Notes under the pieces: model-generated
Database searches by the model: none
What the model was told of the DNA's origin: nothing
What the model saw: the letters and a program-made list of their open reading frames with translations, nothing else
Position numbers and translations under genes: made by a program
Virus record (IMG/VR): IMGVR_UViG_3300035183_000460
Coordinates: 1-64,000 of that record
Strand: one strand, 5' to 3'
Source of the DNA: a virus
Length of the DNA: 64,000 nt
In this document: positions 58,370 through 64,000 of the stretch, piece after piece
Position numbering within the stretch: position 1 is the first letter of the stretch
How the letters are laid out: each line of letters starts with the position of its first letter

Positions 58370-60232
58370 ATGACAAGTAGCTCTAAAGAACTATTTGATA
58401 AATTAAGAATATCTTTATTAAATATTGATCCTGTAGCGTTTGTTGAATCCTATTTAACATTGGACGGACATCCATTTTCATTAACTAATAATGGATATAA
58501 ACCCTTTGCAGATATTTATAGATATGTTGGCATTAAAGCATTAGAACCAGATTCTAAACCTGTTATTTTAGTAAAAGGTCGTCAGGTAGGCGGTACAACA
58601 ATGGCAACCGCTTTGGAAATGTATTTTATGGGCAGCGGATTATTTGGTACAGGAAATAAGCCTCCAATTAGAATCATACACGCTTTTCCTCAATTGGAAG
58701 TTGCTGCAGCATATTCTAAAACTAAATTAAATCCAATGATTTCTGGGTCAGTTCGTAGAGACTCACATTCAAAAAAATCTGGAGAAAAAAACAAATCTTA
58801 TTTGCAATCATTATTAGATACTACAACAGATACAAATAATTCTTTACATTTTAAACAGTTTGTTGGTGGTAATCATATTTGGATTGAATCTACAGGTTTA
58901 GATGCTGACCGTCTTCGTGGTCGTACCGCAGATGTTATTTTTTTTGATGAATGTCAAGATATTCCAGATGTTGCAATTAACAATGCAACTAAAATGCTTT
59001 CACAGGCAAAATATGGTGCTATTGGATCTGGGGTTCAAATGTATTTTGGTACTCCTAAGAAAAAAGGATCTGGATATCACAAAATGTGGCTGGCATCCAA
59101 CCAACAATATTATTATCTTGGTTGTGAAAAATGTAAAAAACATTTTCCTTTATATACACCAGAATCAGATGATTGGGAGAAAATTTGGTTGTATGAATAC
59201 ATTGTAAGATGTACTCACTGCAATCATGAACAAGATAAAAGACAGGCTGCTGAGAGAGGTAAATGGGTAGCATCTACTAATACAGAAGACGCTATTTATA
59301 TAGGATTTCATATTAATCAATTATATATGCCTTTATTGAAAAAGGAGCATATTTTATCACAAAAACCTGGAGTACATCCAACTGCAACTGAAAGATCTTA
59401 TCGTAATGAAGTTTTAGGAGAATTTTTTCAAGGAGATGCAAGTCCTATTACTCCAGAAGAAATTAGAATTAATTGTGGTGATATTGAAAGGAAATTTAGA
59501 GCAAGAATACAACCAAATGAAGAAAAAATGGTTGTATTAGGAATTGACTATGGTGCTAGATCTGATTTAGAGCAATTAGCAAATCCAAATACATCTAAGA
59601 TTCAGGGACAATCATATAGTACTGCAGTTGTTTTATCAGTTAAAGGTCCCGGTCTATTATCTATAGAATTCGCTACAAAATTTAAAAGAAATGATATGGA
59701 TAGTAAAAAGGGAATTATTGATCAAATAATGAGGCAATATAGTGTAAATTTAGCAATTGGAGATATAGGATATTCAAATGATTTTTCTACTATGCTTCAT
59801 AACAGTTATGGTGACAGATATATCGTATCTAGAGCTCATAATAAAGTAAATAATCACATAAAGTATAATAAGGATTCATATCCTAAAGAATTAGTTTTTG
59901 AGAGAGATTTTTATATTAGCGAATTATTTGAAATTATGAAAAAAGGACAAATAAGGTTTCCATTAGGAGATTTTGAAAAAGTAGGATGGTTAATAAATCA
60001 TTGTTCTAGCATGGAAATTAAATCGTCTATATCTAGATCTGGAGATCCAACTGTTCATTATGTTAAAGGTAGTACACCTAATGATGGATTTATGGCATTA
60101 CTAAATGCTTATTTAGCATATAAGTTTTTATTAACTGACGGATTTACAAATTTTAACCCATTATTACAAAAACAAGAATTAAAAAATAATAAGCCTTTGG
60201 CTGTAATTGGATTTATTCCTCGTAGATTTTAA
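58370..60232 (+). CDS. terL: Terminase large subunit (lambda gpA-like ATPase with zinc-ribbon insert)
   Basis: KGRQVGGTT Walker A variant, RLRG, IFFDE Walker B, GTP, CxxC..CxxC, GFHINQL, nuclease GIDYG and ND. Confidence 0.88.
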   Translation: MTSSSKELFDKLRISLLNIDPVAFVESYLTLDGHPFSLTNNGYKPFADIYRYVGIKALEPDSKPVILVKGRQVGGTTMATALEMYFMGSGLFGTGNKPPIRIIHAFPQLEVAAAYSKTKLNPMISGSVRRDSHSKKSGEKNKSYLQSLLDTTTDTNNSLHFKQFVGGNHIWIESTGLDADRLRGRTADVIFFDECQDIPDVAINNATKMLSQAKYGAIGSGVQMYFGTPKKKGSGYHKMWLASNQQYYYLGCEKCKKHFPLYTPESDDWEKIWLYEYIVRCTHCNHEQDKRQAAERGKWVASTNTEDAIYIGFHINQLYMPLLKKEHILSQKPGVHPTATERSYRNEVLGEFFQGDASPITPEEIRINCGDIERKFRARIQPNEEKMVVLGIDYGARSDLEQLANPNTSKIQGQSYSTAVVLSVKGPGLLSIEFATKFKRNDMDSKKGIIDQIMRQYSVNLAIGDIGYSNDFSTMLHNSYGDRYIVSRAHNKVNNHIKYNKDSYPKELVFERDFYISELFEIMKKGQIRFPLGDFEKVGWLINHCSSMEIKSSISRSGDPTVHYVKGSTPNDGFMALLNAYLAYKFLLTDGFTNFNPLLQKQELKNNKPLAVIGFIPRRF

Positions 60233-60539
60233 ATATTTAATTGTTTTATGCAAATAAAACAATAAGATTCGTTATAATGATCATTTACATATAATTTAAT
60301 GTATTGTTATATATTTTCACAATAGTATATGTTTTCATTATAACCAACTATTATACTGATATATCTAAAGATAGAATATACATTGAAAATAAATAAATAA
60401 CTTTATATATTTTGCTATGAAAACACAAAAAGTATAGACGTCAGAACATCAATAAGTCTATTTTACAGTATAAATAATGATAGTTACAAGATATCTACAT
60501 TATATTGTTAATAATTGACAGTCTACTATAAAAGGAAAT

Positions 60540-62297
60540 ATGTCTTTTATTAAATCAAAATCAGAAAAGTTCTTAGAGCGTAGAGGAAATGTTCCTCAAA
60601 TTAGTGCTATAATGGCACAATCAGTATCAGAATATAGACGTGATATGTTAGCAAACGAAGTTGCTCACGGATTATTTTCAGATGGATCAGATAGAAATAT
60701 AAAAAATGAATTAACTGATGCTGGAAATGTTACATCATCAGTTGGCATTATTAAAAATGCACAGGTTACTACCACTAATTATCGTGGTAACAATGATACA
60801 GTAAAACAAACACCTGAAATTTATTCTCCTTTATGGTTAAATTCAAATCTTAATTTACCAAGAGATCGTGCAACTATTAATGCGTGGTGTCGTAGTTTTT
60901 ATGCATTAAATCCATTTGTTCATAATGCTATAAATCTTCATAGTACATATCCTATTAGCAAATTAAATATAAAATGTGCCAACAAGGAAGTTGAAAATTT
61001 CTTTAATGATATGATTGAAGAAATTGATTTGATGAATATTTGTGTTCAAATAGCACAAGAATTTTGGTTATTAGGAGAAGCTTTTGTTTATGCCGAATTA
61101 GATATTTCTAAGGGAAAATGGAGTAGGTTATTTATTCAAAATCCTGACTACATGATAGTTAAACGTACAGCAATAGCATCAGATCCTATAATAATGTTAA
61201 GACCTGATGAAAATTTGAAACGAATAGTATTTTCTAATAAGCCGTCAGATATTGAGCAAAGAAAGCAATTAAATAATCATATTATTGATTGTGTTAAGCG
61301 TGGAGAAAATATTCCTTTAGATGGATTCAATGTTTCTCATTTATCAAGAAAAATTAGCCCATATGAAATTCGTGGAACCGGTTTACCTGTATGTATTTTT
61401 CGTCAATTAATGCTTTTTGATAAACTTCGTGAAAGCAAATATGCTCAAGCCGATAATATGATTAATCCGCTAACATTAGTTAAAGTTGGTGGCGGTGATG
61501 GTGGATATAAGCCTACTTTTGCTGATCTTGAAAATTGGAGATCGATTTTTGAAGAAGCTCAATATGATAAAGATTTTAAAATATTTACTCATGAAGGTGT
61601 TACTATAGAGCGTATTGGTGCAGGTAGTGGCATATATGATATTTCTTCTGATATTACTCAATTAGTTAAAGAAATTTATACAGGTTTGCAAGTTCCATCA
61701 GTATTAATGGATGGCGGATCTGATACCACTTATGCAAACGGAGGGGTAGCTTTAGATGTATTAAGACAACGCTATATGCAGTTTAGAAATATGTTAGCAA
61801 TATGGCTAAAAAGAAAAATATTTGCTCCAATTTCTAAATTACAAGGATTTTATGAATATAAGGGTAATGGTAATAAATCTGAAAAGCAATTAATCGTGCC
61901 AGAAGTAGAATGGAATCATATGTCATTATTTGATGCTGGCGATTATATTCAAAATTTGATTAATTTAACTCAAGGAGAAGGTGAAGCAAAACGTGTATCA
62001 TTGACTACATTATATAAGTCGCTAGGACTAGAATGGGAAGATGAAATGCGTAAAATGCGTAAAGAGGCTATTTGTGCTGCTATTGCTAAAAAAGAAAAAG
62101 CAGCATTAGAGGCAATGGATTTGACAGCATTGAGATCTTTAAGTGATGATGATGAGATTATGGAGCCATCATCTACCAATGAATCTGCTGTACCTGGTGA
62201 ACCGTCTGGAGAAAAATCTGATTTAGGTACGTTACCAGGAATGGAATCACCAACTGCATCTCCATCTATGCCTCCTGCAACTCCACCTACATCATAA
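60540..62297 (+). CDS. Portal protein
   Basis: Follows terL; NPFV..AI, E.WLLGEAF, H..RK..PY..RG, I..GL.VP..L, TYAN helical pattern. Confidence 0.8.
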   Translation: MSFIKSKSEKFLERRGNVPQISAIMAQSVSEYRRDMLANEVAHGLFSDGSDRNIKNELTDAGNVTSSVGIIKNAQVTTTNYRGNNDTVKQTPEIYSPLWLNSNLNLPRDRATINAWCRSFYALNPFVHNAINLHSTYPISKLNIKCANKEVENFFNDMIEEIDLMNICVQIAQEFWLLGEAFVYAELDISKGKWSRLFIQNPDYMIVKRTAIASDPIIMLRPDENLKRIVFSNKPSDIEQRKQLNNHIIDCVKRGENIPLDGFNVSHLSRKISPYEIRGTGLPVCIFRQLMLFDKLRESKYAQADNMINPLTLVKVGGGDGGYKPTFADLENWRSIFEEAQYDKDFKIFTHEGVTIERIGAGSGIYDISSDITQLVKEIYTGLQVPSVLMDGGSDTTYANGGVALDVLRQRYMQFRNMLAIWLKRKIFAPISKLQGFYEYKGNGNKSEKQLIVPEVEWNHMSLFDAGDYIQNLINLTQGEGEAKRVSLTTLYKSLGLEWEDEMRKMRKEAICAAIAKKEKAALEAMDLTALRSLSDDDEIMEPSSTNESAVPGEPSGEKSDLGTLPGMESPTASPSMPPATPPTS

Positions 62298-62551
62298 TAT
62301 AGATTATAGGCGGCAAATAATCATTAGTTTATTATTGTTATTTTGATGTTATAATGTACTTATTAACATACATCACACTATATTTATAATTGTATTAATA
62401 ATTACATATTGAGCAACATGAGATATGTATCATAAGACTATACAAAGAAATCTTATAATCATACTATTTTGGTAGTCTGAATACATAAGACTATGTATAT
62501 TTAGGTATCAATTATGTTAAATATACTAGTTACATTAGTATTGGAGTATTT

Positions 62552-63772
62552 ATGAATAAAATAGCTCAGAGAAGAAGTCTACTCAGTAAATTGCGTGAAA
62601 AATTAGATATTGGTGGTCATGCTGCTGAAATGTTTAGTCCTACATTTGCTAAAATTATGGAAGATCTAAATAATATTGATGATTCTATTAGAGAAATATT
62701 ATTAGAATCTGATTTAAAGGGTTTACTTGCAGAGGCAAGATCTAATTTTAATCGTCGAGAATATATGTTATCAGTTTCAAAATTAAAAGATTTTCATACA
62801 ATATTAGATAAAATTTATAAGATTCTTAGTAATTTTAAAGCAGATGTTTCTCGTGTTCATGAAGAATTTTTATTTAAAGATTTAGATGAAGAAACAAAAC
62901 AAAGTTTGCTTGGATTAAAATCAAAATTTGATACAACTGCATCTTTATCTAATATCTTGTTTAAAGAAGCAGGCATTTTAGATTGGTGGTATACTATTAC
63001 TACTGATCGTGGTAAAGCTATGAGGGCTTGGGAAAAAAGATATCCTGATAAAATGAGACAATTAAAATCTCAAACAGATTTATTAATTTCTAGGTCTGAG
63101 CAGCTTTTTGATCTACTATTAAAAGAATTAAAAAATATGTCTTGGGCTCGCGCCAAAAGAAAAGTTGAAGACTATTTAAAATCATCTGAAAAATTCATTA
63201 AAAAATATGAAGAATATAATAAACAATTTAAACAATATTATGTAGATAATATTAAAAATTTTGTTGAAAAATTACAACTAGAAACATCTAAAAAAGTTGT
63301 AACTGATGACGATGAAGGTAAGCAATTAATTTCTTTGCCTAAGACAGAACCTATTAAGCCAAAGATACCTACCGAACAGGCTAAACAAGAATCTTTGAGT
63401 AAGTTAGACACTATTTATGGTCCTGATACAGAAACTGCTGAAAAAAGGCGCCAGAAAGCTGAATTAAGAAAAGAATTAGAGTATGCCGAACAACAGAAAA
63501 AAAAGCAACTTGCAGAGGAAAGTGCAAAAAATACAGTAGATAAAGATAAAGAAAAAAATACAGTAGATAAAGAAAAAGATAAAGATAACGATAAAAATGT
63601 AAAATCATCAAAATCTTCTCATCAGAGATTTCTAAATACTTTAGAGATATTAGCAAATGAGCATCCTATAATTTTAGCTAAAGAAATATATAAATACGCT
63701 AAATATATAGAAAATACAGACAAACAAACTAGTTTAAAACTTTTTAAAATTGTTGATGGTATTATAAAGTAA
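62552..63772 (+). CDS. Hypothetical protein (virion module)
   Basis: 406 aa; MNKIAQ, FKEAG; KNTVDKxKx duplication. Confidence 0.75.
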   Translation: MNKIAQRRSLLSKLREKLDIGGHAAEMFSPTFAKIMEDLNNIDDSIREILLESDLKGLLAEARSNFNRREYMLSVSKLKDFHTILDKIYKILSNFKADVSRVHEEFLFKDLDEETKQSLLGLKSKFDTTASLSNILFKEAGILDWWYTITTDRGKAMRAWEKRYPDKMRQLKSQTDLLISRSEQLFDLLLKELKNMSWARAKRKVEDYLKSSEKFIKKYEEYNKQFKQYYVDNIKNFVEKLQLETSKKVVTDDDEGKQLISLPKTEPIKPKIPTEQAKQESLSKLDTIYGPDTETAEKRRQKAELRKELEYAEQQKKKQLAEESAKNTVDKDKEKNTVDKEKDKDNDKNVKSSKSSHQRFLNTLEILANEHPIILAKEIYKYAKYIENTDKQTSLKLFKIVDGIIK

Positions 63773-64000
63773 TGGGTCAAAGAGTTCCACGTATTAGAAC
63801 AGAAGTCTCTGAATCAGAACTGGTAAAAGCATTAATTGATGCTTGGCAGAAACTTTTTGGTTCTATGCCAACTAAAGAACAAATAGCTATGCTATTGGCA
63901 CAAAATGCTTTGGAAACTGGGCATAGAAGAAGTATGTGGAACTACAATATTGGTAATGTAACTACTGATGGCAAAGGAAAATACAATTATTTTGATGATC
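63772..64000 (+). CDS. GH73-like peptidoglycan hydrolase, N-terminal part (truncated by the window edge); paralog of 4127-4933
   Basis: Own translation: MGQRVPRIRTEVSESELVKALIDAWQKLFGSMPTKEQIAMLLAQNALETGHRRSMWNYNIGNV. Confidence 0.8.
   Translation, partial: MGQRVPRIRTEVSESELVKALIDAWQKLFGSMPTKEQIAMLLAQNALETGHRRSMWNYNIGNVTTDGKGKYNYFDD

Larger units (their letters stand above)
1..64000. other. Segment of a large (jumbo-type) tailed dsDNA phage genome
   Basis: Terminase and portal, T4-like SSB/UvsY/SbcCD, phage-type DnaE, homing endonuclease, many short hypotheticals, tightly coupled ORFs; no rRNA or housekeeping operon structure. Confidence 0.92.

Noticed and set aside
62298-62551. CATAAGACTAT duplication and AGACTA/TAGTCT pairing as a structured RNA or intron remnant
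   Set aside because: Too short and AT-rich to distinguish from chance without covariation data
230-63656. Short antisense or nested ORFs in the track (e.g. 230-436, 1775-1969, 4683-4886, 9113-9352, 11561-11887, 20809-21102, 37724-39092, 51515-51928, 58902-59273, 61476-62179, 63411-63656)
   Set aside because: Shadows of well-supported genes or RNAs, with no motifs or ribosome-binding sites
1-64000. Alternative genetic code (TAG or TGA reassignment)
   Set aside because: Long genes are uninterrupted in the standard code, and TAG and TGA end genes at sensible coupled junctions
1-64000. Bacterial or CPR chromosome instead of phage
   Set aside because: Host-like genes are isolated and divergent and are interspersed with terminase, portal and T4-like SSB; no ribosomal operons
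1-64000. tRNA genes
   Set aside because: No cloverleaf with a canonical T-loop was seen by eye apart from the tmRNA tRNA-like domain; a tRNAscan-SE or ARAGORN run would settle this

Overview
This is a strongly AT-rich, gene-dense, mostly plus-strand segment of a large tailed (jumbo-type) bacteriophage genome read in the standard genetic code. Order of modules: (1) 1-9.3 kb is accessory, with an IS200/IS605 tnpB 3' end, a degenerate Thg1-like gene, an internally deleted copy of the same IS abutting a tmRNA gene (tag ANDNGISQLALAA), a macrodomain, a GH73-like hydrolase, rhamnose-pathway enzymes, a Dps-like gene and a dead metallophosphoesterase. (2) 9.3-9.8 kb is a repeat-rich non-coding strand-switch region and a candidate origin. 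(3) 9.8-48.7 kb holds host-takeover and replication genes: two HU/IHF, DksA, a ClpP pair with one catalytically dead copy, FtsK, TopA, AAA ATPase, bS21, deformylase-SEC-C, SbcCD, trigger factor, DnaE, UvsY/RecA/SSB/RuvC, DnaJ, a primase split into two distant genes, a sigma-4-only protein and a GIY-YIG endonuclease. (4) 49-64 kb is the virion and packaging module, with an atypical class II nucleotidyltransferase, a gpA-like terminase and a portal. The main leads are: a four-member TnpB/IS family that includes a guide-only omegaRNA cassette fused to the tmRNA leader and a 47-bp LE/RE recombination scar; a near-complete phage-encoded nascent-protein maturation and degradation suite; a series of catalytically dead host-enzyme folds; and a recurring K-x-A-[Q/S/G/D] motif in putative head proteins. 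All calls come from motif recognition by eye, and no database searches were run.
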